NCBI GenBank assembly: GCA_964016885.1
Contig: OZ024748.1
Location: 57,226,001-57,290,000, forward strand
Reading direction: 5' to 3'
Source: Eledone cirrhosa
Taxonomy: Eukaryota
Length of the DNA: 64,000 bases
Shown here: one piece after another, positions 1 to 15,045 of the stretch
Position numbering within the stretch: the stretch's first letter is position 1
How the letters are laid out: every line of letters begins with the position of its first letter
Notes under the pieces: model-generated
What the model was told of the DNA's origin: nothing
The model's input: only the letters and a program-made list of their open reading frames with translations
The model's database searches: none
Program-made: the position numbers and the translations under genes

Positions 1-430
1 AATATATATATACATATAAATATATATATATATAAATATATATATACATATAAATATATGTATATATATATAAATATATATATACATATAAATATATATA
101 TATATAAATATATATATACATATAAATATATGTATATATATATAAATATATATACATATAAATATATGTATATATATATAAATATATATATATATAAATA
201 TATATATAAATATATATGTATATATATATAAAGAGGAGAGATTCTGATTGTTTTTTAACTTCTCGTGTCCCTATATTTCTGCAAAGAAAAATAAGATAAG
301 ATAAGAAGCATAAGAAACATTTCAACGATGTGTGTGTGTGTCTGTATGAGTGTGTGTATATTTATATGTATATAAAAGATATATATATATGATATATATA
401 TATATATATAAATATATATATATATAAAAG

Positions 431-461
<31 letters not shown>

Positions 462-480
462 AAAGATATATATATAAAAC

Positions 481-511
<31 letters not shown>

Positions 512-2489
512 AAAGATATATATATATATATATTTATATATAAAGAAGCCAGTAGTTTTATATACTTGTTGGAAATATCAATTGGTAGAATCTGAGAATT
601 GCCTGGGGGTGATTATGTCAAGGCAAGAAGTTATGGAATCGAAATACCATAAGCTATAACAAAACATATTATATTCTTGACTTCTTTAGTCAAAGGGAAA
701 ATAAAAATATGATATTGTTATTTGGCAAAGATATTATGTGTGTATGTGCATATGTGTATGTCTGTGTAGATATATATGTGTATAAGTGTATATATGTGGA
801 TATATATGTGTGTATGTGTATATATATATATGTGCGTATGCATGTGTATGTGTATATATGTATATATATATGTGTGTGTGTATGTGAGCGAAAGTAGTTT
901 GAGATAGTGGTGAGTCTATTGTGTGTGAGAGATAAGAGAAATAGAAGGTGTAATAGTGTGTGAGAGAGGGTGGAGACAGAGGAGAGAGAATACTATGTGA
1001 GTTTGAGAGGAGAAAGGATATTATGTGTGCGTGCATCTATATATGTGTGTGAAAGTGTTTGTGCATGAAAAAGAGAAAGTGGATGTGTGTGGTTGTATTT
1101 ATGCGTATGTACATGTGAGATAGGATATGTGTGAATATGTGCGTTTCTAAATGTTTGTGTATTCATGCCTAAGTTTTTGTATGCAAGCATATGCATTTAT
1201 ATGTGTGTTTTTATATGTGTGTTTTATGCTTCTATGTTTATATGTTTGTATGTGTAATCGTTATCTATTTATCGATGAGAGGACAGTAGATGCCTAGAAT
1301 CTGCCTATCACTGGACAATGTGTGTTATGGTAATTTCTTGTTAATCCTAACGATTTGTGATCAAATACATGGCGAACCACTTGAATCTAACAACATTTGG
1401 ACCAGGGAAAATCACAGAAAACAGAAATCGACCCTTATGATGAACTCCTATTTTAACATAGTGTCGCATTTTTCTTCAGACTCTGATTGTCCTCTGTATT
1501 CACTGCCTATCTATTATCTTACAGCATGGCACTTTACACACAGGCGTCATTACAGCTGACTGTTCATTCGTAGAGAGAAACCTTTTGTTTTTACCAGAGA
1601 TAGCTGTTCTCTAAATGTCTTCCATGGTATCTTTATTCTAGTTACTATGCTCTCCGAGCATTTTCCGCCACTCCATTTCGATTTATGCCATCACTTGATA
1701 CTTAAGCATGAGCTTTTAGTCCTGCTAGGAACTTGCCTATGGACAGCAATGTCATGCATCGCAAAAAAAAAGTCACAAATCAAGCGATGCCTCTGCCTGA
1801 AGTTTTTTTAAGTGAGGAAAGGCTTTGCACGGGGCCAATCCTAATATCTTAATATCGAATGCATTTACCCAAAAGGTAGGGCTGATCTACATCACTCGAC
1901 GCAAACGAAGTCGCAGGTTTTATATCAGAGTGATGTGTTTATGAAAACTAGGAGTCTCTCACTCCACAAAAAGAAAATACACTATTAGATGGCCGTTGAC
2001 GCTCCTGAGTTCCTCCGCTCTTTGACAGATTTTGTTTTTGATCCTGCAGGATGTCCAAAATCCCCACCCCCTCACCAAGCAAGCCTGGTGAGATTGCCGA
2101 TTTAGTCGTCGATGACCGACCATGCACAGGTTGTACTGGGTTACATGTTACCAGTAGCGCTGAAGAGCGACCTGACATAACATACATACATACATACATA
2201 CATACATACATACATACATACATACATACATGGTGACTGCCAACTCGTTTTCGAGTATGGCCACTACTTTATATCCATGTAGGAGAACCCCTACCAATGC
2301 GCTGAACGAGTGTGACTTTTTAGTCCAGCCAGCGACTTGAAAACTCTGGTACAAACACTACACATGTGACAATTATTGACACATAGTGCTGGGCCCTTGG
2401 TACCATGTGACGACAAGTGCAGAGAGATCTCCAGATATAAAGCAATGCCTGTGCCGTGAAGCTTTTATAGTGAGCAAAGGCACTGCACA

Positions 2490-2930
2490 AAGCCAGTCCA
2501 AATTAAAGCACAACCGGCCTAATATTGTTGATTGGGACTACACAATGAAAACGCGCTTTGTTGTTGAGATCTGCCCACTTGATGTCAAACCTGTAAGGAA
2601 AATACAGGAGAAGGAGGACATCTACGGACCATTGACGAGGAGTTTGCAGATCCAATATCTAAGAAACACCTTCAACTTCATACACATTATTATTGGAGCT
2701 ACAGATTATAAACCAACCCGCTTGCACTAACGTATGACTGAACTTGCATTTGTGGACAAAAAACGCAGCTCCCTAACTCATAGACTACAAATAACTGCGA
2801 AATCTGGCACCTTCAAAATTTGCAAAACATTCTTCCGATTCAAGGGAGGACAATTTATTTCCTTTTACAACCTTGCCAGCAGGAAAATGGCTGGTCAAAA
2901 ATTTACTAGAAATTAAGAGTAAGAGAACAT
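2490..2930 (+). mobile_element. 3' end of an R4/Dong-like non-LTR retrotransposon with a decayed restriction-like endonuclease domain
   Basis: KHNRPNIV...VVEICPLDV...EKEDIYGPL...IIIGA...SGTFKICKTF resembles the RPD..D/E..K..Y RLE motif; in-frame stop; ends in (CATA)n. Confidence 0.75.
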
Positions 2931-3579
2931 ACATACATACGTACATACATACATACTTACATACATACATACGTACGTAAGTACGTACATACATATATAC
3001 AGAGAGACATACATACATATATATATATATACATACATATGTAAGTACGTACATACATATATACAGAGAGACATACATATATACAAACAGACATACATAC
3101 ATACAAATTTATAGCCACTCTATACAACAGCAGATACATACCCATACATAAACACAAACACATAGAGAGAATGTGCAGCAATAGCTGCAGCAGCTGCAAA
3201 AGCAGGTACCTATCATGCCGTGTCTTTGACCCAACTCAGTCTTAATGAAATGTCATCAACAATTAGATCGCTAATTAGTAGAGTGCCAGAGTTTTTCTAA
3301 AGTCCAATTTTGCCATCGATTAATTTAAAGTGTTATTGTGACATTTCACCAGCTCTGCGTGACTCGCAATGGTGTTAACACACACACACACACACACTCT
3401 CTCTCTCTCTCTCTCTCCATATCCTTCTCTCTCACGCTCTCTCTCTCTTCCTCCGGCTGTCCTCTCTTTCTCTCTTCCTCCGGCTGTCCTCTCTTTCTCT
3501 CTCCCTCTTTCTCTCTTTCCTTCTCTCTCCTTCTCTCTTCCTCTTCCTGTCCTTCTCTCTCACGCTCGCTCTCTGATGC

Positions 3580-3658
<79 letters not shown>

Positions 3659-3782
3659 TCTCTCTCTCTCTGCATATATATATATATACCTTGCCTTCAT
3701 TTGCCTTAAAATATCCAACACTTCTGTTTATCAGACCCTCTTTTTACTACTCTTAAGTCCTCTCTCTCTCTCTCTAGCTCTA

Positions 3783-3851
<69 letters not shown>

Positions 3852-3861
3852 CTCTTTCTTA

Positions 3862-3901
<40 letters not shown>

Positions 3902-4388
3902 CTATCTATATATCTATCTATCTATCTCTCTTGTAAGCAGACACACACACACACTGACACTCACAGACACACATTCATGCACACACACTCTCTCTCACAC
4001 ACTCATACACATTTCTTCGCCCAGAGCCAATTTATTTCTTTTCTCACTGCTTCAGTGACAGATTTATAATAATCAGGAACAATAAGCCAGCCTGGTCAAG
4101 GTGACACCTCACATTCTCAATAAATTTTACATATTCTATTGTTTTGTTTTTTTGTTGTTTTTTACTTCTGAAAACCCTTAAAATGTTGGTGACCAAATTT
4201 CTATTGCAATACAATTTATTTCATTTCTTTAAAGCAGAATTTTGTGGGAATTACTAAAATCATTAATTATTTCATCACTAAGATTTAACTTGATATATAA
4301 CTATAGTTCTTATATAAAATTATGTTGGAAGATTTCATTCTAAAGTAGGTAGTTTCGTTTTATAAATCTAGAGTTGGTTTTACTTGGG

Positions 4389-4660
4389 TTGGGGCCGACT
4401 GAAAAGTTTATATGTTGAGAGGTTCATAGGCTGACCAAGACCCTCTCATGGAATGACCAAATGAATTTGATACTTCAATATGTTCCCTAGCTGACCAAGA
4501 CCCTCTCATGAAATGACCAAATGAATTTTATACTTCAATATATTCCCTGGAAAGAAGTAAGGCAATTTATTAACAAGAATAATTGAAATTAATGCAAGAT
4601 TTCACAACTCTAACATCACTCCTTTATTGTGAGCCAATGAACTTTTTTCAGTCCCCCTTC
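4389..4660. mobile_element. Mariner-like MITE remnant with an internal 60-bp tandem duplication (4431-4550)
   Basis: Degenerate TIRs ggggccgactgaaaagtt / aacttttttcagtccccc. Confidence 0.5.
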
Positions 4661-5454
4661 ATCTTTATTTGAAATAAATCTGTATGGTGTGTTTATAACT
4701 GGATTTTCTTTGGCCTTAGTTCTATTCATTTATAGATATTCTGAGCTAAACAACATCAACAACAATTAAATACCAGTCATATAATGGTATCGATTCAGCT
4801 GAATACATGCCTCAACAGTTGGGAAATTTGGAGCGGAGAGGAGCGTGGATTTTTGCGTAAATACTACTACAAACGACACTGCTTCGGAATTCTCTCTGAT
4901 GCTCTCGTGACTGCTATTTCGCCACTTTAAGTAAATACTGAAATGTATTTAGTCCAGTGCTACATTAGTTAGCTATATATTTAAGTATAGGGTGAGGTTG
5001 ATTACATCACCGTCAGTATGTATTAAATTTAGCAGCTCTATGTGTATGAAAGGCAACATTAATACACACGGAGGATTTGAACTAGGAACACCCGAGAAAA
5101 AAGACAAAATTAAATGTGATAATGCATTTTGTCCAATGCTATTAATTCCATGTCAACTCACTCAGCACCCCGTACAACAGCACATAATATAACAATTATA
5201 ACGACAACAGCAATGACAACAAATCAACAATAAAAGCGATAAACGGGGAATTATTGAGGTGGAGATCAAAATGTCGGCTTTGAGAGCAAGTGTCCTTTAT
5301 TGTTGCTCAAGTAGAGATGTTATTAGGAAGCTGAAATGGCCGTTAAAAGAGCAAGGTTTTTCGTTGCACGTAAAGAAAGGTACTGACAGAAGGATGTAAA
5401 ACTCACCATAATGTACTCTGCCTATCTATTTCCCACTTGCTTTCTGTTTCACCT

Positions 5455-5511
<57 letters not shown>

Positions 5512-5588
5512 ATCTCCCTCGCTGTCTTTCCCTCTCTGTCGCTATCTCTCTCGCTGTCTTTCTCTCTCTCCCTCTCTCTCTCCCTCGC

Positions 5589-5689
<101 letters not shown>

Positions 5690-7378
5690 CTGTCACTATC
5701 TCCCTCGCTGTCTCTTTCTCTCTCTGTCGCAATCTCTCTCACTGTCTTTCTCTCTCTATGTCGCTATCTCCCTCGCTGTCTCTTTCTCTATGCTCTCTAT
5801 CTTCCGACTAAACCTTTAATTTCCCCCCTTCCGCCCCTTTCACGTTGCGTTACTCTCCTTCACATCGACGTGCAGGATGGCAGGATGGCTGGCATGACAC
5901 GAGAGCGAAACTTCGCAGAGTTCAATCTACTGCAAAGAGATTTGATAATAATGTGATAATATTAGTCAAATCATTGACCGGTGGTCAGTTGTGCATAGTG
6001 CTTCAATATCGACCGACTGCACCGGGGGAATTGTTAGCCTATCGACATCAAACAGCCGTCCATAAAGTGTTTTCTTGACCAGCGAGCCAGCGTGGTGACC
6101 GGTGGTTGTGAACTGGTAGAGAATAGATAAATGCGACAGACAAATGGAAGGAAGATGGAAGAGAGGCGGAGAAGGGAATGAGTGGAGAATGATGATGGCG
6201 CGACGAGGGAAAGGGTTGGCAGAGAAGTGAAGAAGGTGGTGACAGAAAGGGGCGAAGGTTAGAGATAGTGAGTGAAGAGTACATATGTGTGCGTTGTATA
6301 TGTGTGTGTGTTTGTGTGTGCGTGTGAGTGAGTGAGTGTGTGTGTGCCTGTGTGAAGATGTCTGTATGCGTAAGTGATTACATGTATGTGTGTTTGTAGG
6401 AGTAAGAAGGGAATGGAAAATGATGGGAAGAGGGGCATGGATTCATGGATAGATGCATGGATGGATTGTTACATAAATGGTGATGCAAATGCATGAGTAG
6501 TCCGGCCACATATTTAACTGACTGACCGGCTAACTGACCAACTAGCCAGCAGATGGCTGGAGAGATAAGGCTTAAGGTATAAAAGTGTGTGCGTGTGAAT
6601 TACACAAGCAGTAGAATAGAAACTGTATTGCATCTTATGAATAACGTCTGCAGTCACAACGACAAGTATTTTCCACAGACTATAGCCGTCTCCATCATTT
6701 TCCCGTTTCAAAAACGAAAATGGAAAAGCAATAGAGTCTAGATATCCCCTTGGGTCATCAGAGTAAAAAGGAGGCCTCTAATTATAGACAAATATTGCTT
6801 CTAGTGATTATAGGACTATCTATCGCCTCTTCTTATTCAGGCAGCCGTTTAAAATCTCTTTCGTTCGTTTATCAATTGGTTTCAACTTCTCAATGACTGC
6901 TACATACAAAACAACATGACCACAGTAACACTAATTTCACCGCAGTTGACGCCAGTGACTTTCATGACATCCAAAGGGCAGGGATATTTGACTTGCGTAA
7001 CATTTACAACCTTTTATATATTTATTTATTTATTCATTCATTCATATATTTATTTATTCATGTATTTATTTATTTATTAATTTATTTATTTATTTATTTA
7101 TTTGCTTATTTGTTTATTCCGAAACACTAGACTTACTAGCGAACATTGACACTATTAATTTCGGTTACCTAAAATTACAGACGCCATTAACGCTGGAGCG
7201 TTGGTACACTTAACGACACCAACAATAACAGCAATGACATTAACCTTAAGAGTATCAAAAGACTAAGTGACATCTTTTGACCATACGTCCTCCACTCCTG
7301 CTTTATATTAGAAGCCATGATGGCGTTGAATGGTTAATGCAGTGGGTGGGTGTATAAACAATTGTATATTCATACATA

Positions 7379-7412
<34 letters not shown>

Positions 7413-7435
7413 TTCGGACAGGAACCCACACACAT

Positions 7436-7466
<31 letters not shown>

Positions 7467-7583
7467 ACACATTTTATTAAGGCTAAATAATGAGTCTGTT
7501 TCACATGAGTTTCGCCTGTTTATCACAGGCTCATACGTCGGTATTGAGTACTCTTTCCTCTCAGCCGTCAACCACATACGGAT

Positions 7584-7665
<82 letters not shown>

Positions 7666-7714
7666 ATATTATTAAATGGAAACTATATTCATAAAACCAT
7701 ATTAACAAACTTTG

Positions 7715-7775
7715 TATTTTATCTGATGAGAGCGTACCAAAGTTTTGGTACCATTGAAATATATATAATAGAATA
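7715..7775 (+). ncRNA. Type I hammerhead ribozyme
   Basis: Stem I TATTTTAT/ATAGAATA, CTGATGA, stem II including GTACCAAA/TTTGGTAC, GAAA, palindromic TATATA, AUA cleavage triplet ending at 7767. Confidence 0.75.
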
Positions 7776-8017
7776 AATATGCTTTTTTAACTATAGTTTC
7801 CATTTATTAATATCATTGATATTATACTCCAGAAAATCTGTCGAGTGCTTCGAATCTGTTATAAATATATATATATTTGTTGAATTTTCCAACAAATTAA
7901 ATATCCCTTTGCTTATATATATATATATATAACGAAGGAGTTGTGGTAAGGAACCAGATGGACCAGTCCAGAAATAGCCGTCGAAACGGCTTGAGCTCTG
8001 CCGTCGGGGTCATACTT

Positions 8018-8096
<79 letters not shown>

Positions 8097-8216
8097 AAAA
8101 AGTATGCCGGTTGCCAGTTGCTAATCGCTTTACCGTGTCGGTTGTCACAAACAGTCATGACCGGCATGGGCCGGTGTTTGGATTCTGTCGATCGATTGGT
8201 TATTGATTAGGCGATA

Positions 8217-8326
8217 CCCGCTGATGAAGCCGCATAAGCCGATTGTGCATTGTTGCATAATATATGCAGACAGATGGTGGAGTGCACCTTACTGCTGCAT
8301 TAGTGCGGCAGAAACTCGAGTCCGGG
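8217..8326 (+). ncRNA. Type I hammerhead ribozyme with long stem II insert
   Basis: CCCG-CTGATGA-aGCCGCA...TGCGGCa-GAAA-CTCGAG-TC-CGGG; GUC cleavage after 8322; palindromic stem III. Confidence 0.75.
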
Positions 8327-8477
8327 AACCTTATAGGCACCCGTTTTACGTGTGTTGTGTTGAGGCAAATAACTATGTGTATACTCTGGGAATGTATCTT
8401 ACATTGCCTATTGAGTGCGCTGAGATACAACCGGTACTGGAATTGATAAATATGCTGGGTCCGTCAACCTTTATCAT

Positions 8478-8516
<39 letters not shown>

Positions 8517-8517
<1 letters not shown>

Positions 8518-8733
8518 GAACGATCGACTTTCGTCAAATCGGACCGAGGGAACAATGTTTCCGTTGGTCTTTCCAATTGCTAATACTATCTATCGGTTGC
8601 AACTCCAAGTAGAAGGAGCAACGTGAAATAAAGTGTCTTGCTCAAGGACATAACGCATCGCCTGGTCTAGGAATCGAACTCACAACCTTACGATTGCGAA
8701 TCCAATTATCTAACCACTCAGCCACACGCCTTC
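8517..8733 (-). mobile_element. tRNA-derived CORE-type SINE; related copies at 29035-29368 (+), 58278-58473 (+), 55320-55560 (+) and a 3' piece at 37970-38054
   Basis: A box TGGCTGAGTGG, B box GAGTTCGATTCC, CORE-like TGTCCTTGAGCAAGACACTT. Confidence 0.85.
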
Positions 8734-8736
8734 ACC

Positions 8737-8789
<53 letters not shown>

Positions 8790-9341
8790 CATACATATGT
8801 ATGTGTATATATATGTATGTATATATATTTATGTATGTATATATATATATATACTACAATCCCCAATACAGACATTGAAACTCTGGCTACAAAATACAGC
8901 TTCCTTACCAACTAGCGCAACAAAAAATCGGAAACAAAAACAACCACAAATACATATCATCCCATCTTCACAGAATGAACAGAAAGAAGTCTTTCTCTCT
9001 ACCACGTAAAATCATAAACCATCCCAACTTTTCACTTCCTTTACAGTACACAGTACACAGACTTACAAAATAGTTTGTCCAAATGCCACCTTTTGTAATG
9101 TCTTTCTCCGCCATATCTACTAACCCCTAATGAGATTTACATAACGGAAGTTACCAACATAATTCATACCGACTAATTTCCAGCACATTTTTTTTTATTC
9201 CTTTCTTCGTATTTCATTTGTTTGGCAGGCAAATGTCTTTAATTATTTTGCCTTTGTTTTCGTATTTTTTGTTTGATTTTTCGTCTTATTTCTGTTGTAT
9301 TTTTTTGTGTGTGTATATATATATATATATATGTGTATATG

Positions 9342-9410
<69 letters not shown>

Positions 9411-9637
9411 TTATATATATATATATACATATATACATTTATATATATATATATATATACATTTATATATATATACATTTATATATATATATATATATAT
9501 TTATATATGTATATATATACACATTTATATATGTATATATATATATATATATACATTTATATATGTATATATATATATACATTTATATATGTATATATAC
9601 ATACATTTATATATGTATATATATATATACATACATT

Positions 9638-9740
<103 letters not shown>

Positions 9741-9768
9741 TTATATATGTATATTTATGTGTGTGTGT

Positions 9769-9829
<61 letters not shown>

Positions 9830-10377
9830 GAGAAAGGAGAGAAAAGGGGATAGATAGTTAGGGGTTTTAAATACATTTACAAAATATGTTTCCTGTGTTG
9901 TTTCTATTTGTATTGAAGTTGTATTGTTGTTGTTGACGGTACTGGTGAAGGTGGTGGTGGTGGTGGTGGTGGAGGTGGTGGTGTTTTTGTGTGTGTTCCG
10001 TTGTGTTCATTACTGTTGCTGTTGTTGTTGTTGTTGTTTGCTAACGTTTCTTCTGTTTTGCATTTTACTTTCTTCTCAAGTTTCGTTTTTTGAGGGGTTT
10101 TTTTTATATTCACCATCTTGTTCTGATCGCAGTCATTATACTTCGTCATTCGTTATCGTCATCATCATCATCAACAACATGTTCGTCGTCATCATCATCA
10201 TCATCATTATCATCATCATCATCATCATCATCATCATTATCATCATCATCATCGTCGTCGTCGTTATCATCATGTTCGTCATTATAAATCATCATCAACA
10301 TCACCATCATTAACCTCGTCGTCGTCATCAGCATCATCATATATTTTCATCATTATCTTCATGATCATCATCGTTGT

Positions 10378-10491
<114 letters not shown>

Positions 10492-10504
10492 GTGTGTGTA
10501 TATA

Positions 10505-10617
<113 letters not shown>

Positions 10618-11072
10618 GTGTGTGTGTGTGCGTGTGTGTGTATGTATATATATATATAAATATATATATATATAGGATTATAACCCTTTTTCTCTTTGGT
10701 CAGTCAGCTTCTGTGTGAATCCAGTCAAATTCATTCGGTTCAGTAAATCTGTCAAGAAAATTTAACCAAACTCTGGCAACTCAGTCACTAATTACTCTCT
10801 GTTCATGTTAGAATTGAGTCTATAGTCTTCCTTCTAATTAATGTTTCCAATAACATAGATGACTTAGCCCTAATTAAAGCACCATTACATAAAAAAACTT
10901 TAATTACGAATATTGAAAAATGTTATACTAATTAGAGACCATTGTAGTATATTTAGTGGCCATTGTTATGACAGCTGTGCTAAAACAAATCTTACTTAGT
11001 AATTTGACCACGTTAATTATAGCCAGCCTGTGTGAAGACATTGGTGTCTCGTGTTATATGCTTGTCTGTGTG

Positions 11073-11173
<101 letters not shown>

Positions 11174-11230
11174 ATGAATATATGTGTGTATACGAACACA
11201 CAAACACACCTATGCATAAATATATATTTG

Positions 11231-11273
<43 letters not shown>

Positions 11274-11799
11274 TTGTCATATGTATTTTTGTGTGTACAT
11301 ATATGTGTGTATATATACGCACGCGCATACATATGTATACACACACACATACATATATATACACATTATCGTACTTTTTTTAAATCTTATACATTAATTG
11401 TATATTTATAAAGGTCTTATTCATTTTATATTTTTGTTAAAACCAACAAGATTTCTGGAAGACATTTTACGCTTTTTTTAATCATAGTAGTTAGTCTCGT
11501 ATTTATGATGTTTTTAATGGCGACTGATAGATCTCATTCATTCTGTTGTTACAATACGATCAATGCGAGGCTTATCTATATATTATGTATATCGATAAAC
11601 CTATTGAGAGCCTTAGACTGTTTTAGTTTATGGTGATACTGATGCTGTTGTTGGTGCTGTTGGTTGTGGTGGTTGTGGTGTTGGTGGTTTTTTTTATTAG
11701 TGGGGGAGGTTTCTGCTGCTTAGGATCAGATCAGTTCTGAGAGAGCACATCTATGTTTAAATGTATCCCAACCTAACAATCTTAAAGTGTTCCTATGTG

Positions 11800-11876
<77 letters not shown>

Positions 11877-12210
11877 ATATCAATATCCCAGTATCTCAAT
11901 TTTATAGTTCTGGTATGTCAAATTAATACCATAGAACAACCACTGTATCATAGACGCCCTATATATTTCCAGGGGTATTTAGTTCCTCTGGGGATATTGA
12001 CCTCCTTTTCTTATGTAGAGAACAAATCCGTTGTTTTATTTAGCTGCTATTTTTAGTGGCGTGATAGACAACCCGTCTATGTTTACTTCCGCTTCTACTA
12101 AGGGCTGATTCATGCACAGGTCAAGTTTACAGTCTCATTCGATCCTGTGCTAGCTGGCAGGTGACAATATATTTTGCCGTTCCTGGGACTTTTGTCCTAG
12201 GTAGGGAAAA

Positions 12211-12290
12211 TGCTTTCTGAAGATCTGAACATTTCAATCCTGTCCCTAGGATTTCCAATCTTTTGTGAAGTGAAACTGTCGGTAAAAGCA
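12211..12290 (+). ncRNA. Type I hammerhead ribozyme in a retrozyme-like repeat
   Basis: TGCTTT-CTGAAGA...GAAA-CTGTCGG-TA-AAAGCA; stem II partly eroded; second 3'-half copy GAAACCGTCGGTAAAAGCATTTT at 12683-12705. Confidence 0.7.
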
Positions 12291-12349
12291 AAAGGAATAA
12301 GTGAATATTTAAATTATATTTTTTAATTTAATTTAAAAAATTGTTTGAA

Positions 12350-12571
<222 letters not shown>

Positions 12572-12842
12572 CATATATATATATATACATAGAAACATAT
12601 ATATACCCATGCAAACACACACAAACATATATATATATAAAATTCCATTGAAGTCCTTCGTATTTCCAATCTTTTGTGAGGCGAAACCGTCGGTAAAAGC
12701 ATTTTGGATAGAGGAATATTTAAATCGTATTTTAATTTATTTAAAAGATTGTTTAATGTTTACTTGTTCCGCTCATCTTAATTTTATAGTTTTGGTATCG
12801 CAAATTAATACCATTGAACAACAAATGTATTTTAGACACCCT

Positions 12843-13065
12843 ATCTAACTTACTCGGTCCTCAAGACTGAATAAAAAATGGCGTAGACATACAACACAAC
12901 AGGAGGAACAAAGAATATAACACCACTGACGATGTTGCAGATGTGCAACGAAAGATTTATGTAAATTATGTAAACTATATATATGTGTTTGTGTCTATAT
13001 TGTATCTGTATTATTTTTGACCGTCGGTCAGTCAATGGCAACATTGAGGACCGTGTAAGTTAGAT
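12843..13065. mobile_element. MITE with about 22-bp terminal inverted repeats
   Basis: atctaacttactcggtcctcaa ... ttgaggaccgtgtaagttagat. Confidence 0.7.
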
Positions 13066-13229
13066 CGCAGATATAAAAGACAGCGAGAAGCGAAAACCAA
13101 CCAAACAGTGAGTGTGTTCTGTTATTAATTCTGGCAATATTACGCAAATATGATCCTCCCCAAGTATAACAATATCTGTTTCGACACACGATTTCATATG
13201 AAAAACCTCGCTAAACTAATTCATCGCCG

Positions 13230-13281
<52 letters not shown>

Positions 13282-13774
13282 GCAAACACACACACATACA
13301 TACTGTCATATATATTTATTTACATATGTGTGTTTCTATATTTGTAACTATCTACTTATATACACAATTATGTCTATGCAGCCCTTATATACCCTCTTGT
13401 CCATTACTTTGTCTGTCTGTTTGGTTTTCTCTCCCTCTCTACTTACTTATATACACATCTAACCCACAGCCTAACATTTGTACCGTTGAAAGAAACCTTA
13501 AGAAAATATTTACTTCTTATTATCGTTCTCCATTACCATTGGACATAGGTTTATGTGAGACAAATGCTGAAAAGCTTTTCTCGACTGCAGTTATGGCGTC
13601 AAAGTTGAAATGCCCGGATGTTACCAATAGATAAACCGGAAGTTTGGACGCTGTTTTATTATAGCCAAGCAAAATTTGATATTTCGTTGAAATGTTAGAA
13701 GCTCTTTGGTACGCTTTAAACATAATGTTTCTTTTTTCTTTTCTCTCTTCTCCTCTCGTTCAGAGATATTGCCA

Positions 13775-13848
<74 letters not shown>

Positions 13849-13923
13849 AACAAACAAACATATACACACACACACATATATATATATACACACAAACAAA
13901 CATATACGCACACACATACACAG

Positions 13924-13958
<35 letters not shown>

Positions 13959-14288
13959 CAGAGAGAAAGAGAGGGATGGTATGGGTGAAGGATAGAAAAA
14001 TAGTGGGGAGTGACGTGGAAACAGGGTTATAAATATATAAATGGCTCGTCAAGACTTTTCATGAAGCGTATTTATAGCAACTCAGCTTGATTCCAATCTC
14101 CGCTCAGGGTAAAGGGTGGAGATCGGTACAGAAATAGGACAGGAGTATGGAAACCTTTGACAATTTTACGCTCTTCCGGCTGATCATAGTAGCGAGCCGT
14201 AACACTGCATGATATTTATTCATAGTGAGATGGTCTGGGCCATTACGAATGCAACGTTTGACCACGATGACGTAGCCAAGAGGTCAAC

Positions 14289-14309
14289 AGTGACAGACAT
14301 TCAGCTAGC

Positions 14310-14340
<31 letters not shown>

Positions 14341-14530
14341 CTTATTGTTGTTCCTTTGCTGCTAGTGTGTCGTGATCACACAGACCCATTAAAAAAAAAG
14401 AAAAATGAAAAAAAAAAATGAAAAGTGACAGACATTCAGCTACTGTTGTTGTTGTTGTTGTTGTTGTTCCTTTGCTGCTAGTGTGTCGTGACCACGCAGA
14501 CCCATTAAAAAGAAAAAGAAAACAAAAATG
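14289..14530 (+). repeat. Direct duplication of an approximately 110-135 bp unit containing (GTT)n
   Basis: agtgacagacattcagcta...cagacccattaaaaa occurs twice. Confidence 0.85.
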
Positions 14531-14847
14531 AAAAGATTAAAAAAAGCTTTCCAGCCGAGAACTGTCCCAACCCCTTATTCAAGAATAGTGTATATATGTC
14601 TGTGTTGGTGTTGTTTAGAGTATTGTTTCAAAACCACGTGGTCCCGGGTTCGTTCATGCAACTACACAGCATGTTGGGGCAAGTGTGAGTAAAATTTTGT
14701 AGAGGGAATAAACCTGGAAACTCGTCATGCACACGTACACGCACATATACACACTTAGACACACATATACACACACATGCACCCCCATACACACACGTCC
14801 AGCTCATTTGTCTACCAGCATATGAACAAATTATATATCTCGTATGT

Positions 14848-14923
14848 ATTTTGCCTGAAGAGGACATGTTTTGCTTTATGTTATACATAAAACTTTACAT
14901 CTTCGAAATGTATATAATGAAAT
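14848..14923 (+). ncRNA. Degenerate type I hammerhead ribozyme
   Basis: CTGAAGA, stem II GGACATGT/ACATCTTC with internal hairpin, GAAA-TGTATA-TA; stem I imperfect. Confidence 0.5.
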
Positions 14924-14995
14924 AAATAGAGTTGACATAAAGTATATATCTTTCGTTTATTACTATTACACACACACACACACATATATATATAT

Positions 14996-15045
<50 letters not shown>

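Noticed and set aside
7495-7540. Minus-strand TGA-GCCTGT/ACAGGC-GAAAC motif
   Set aside because: Core reads CGTATGA and there is no stem I; at best a dead relic
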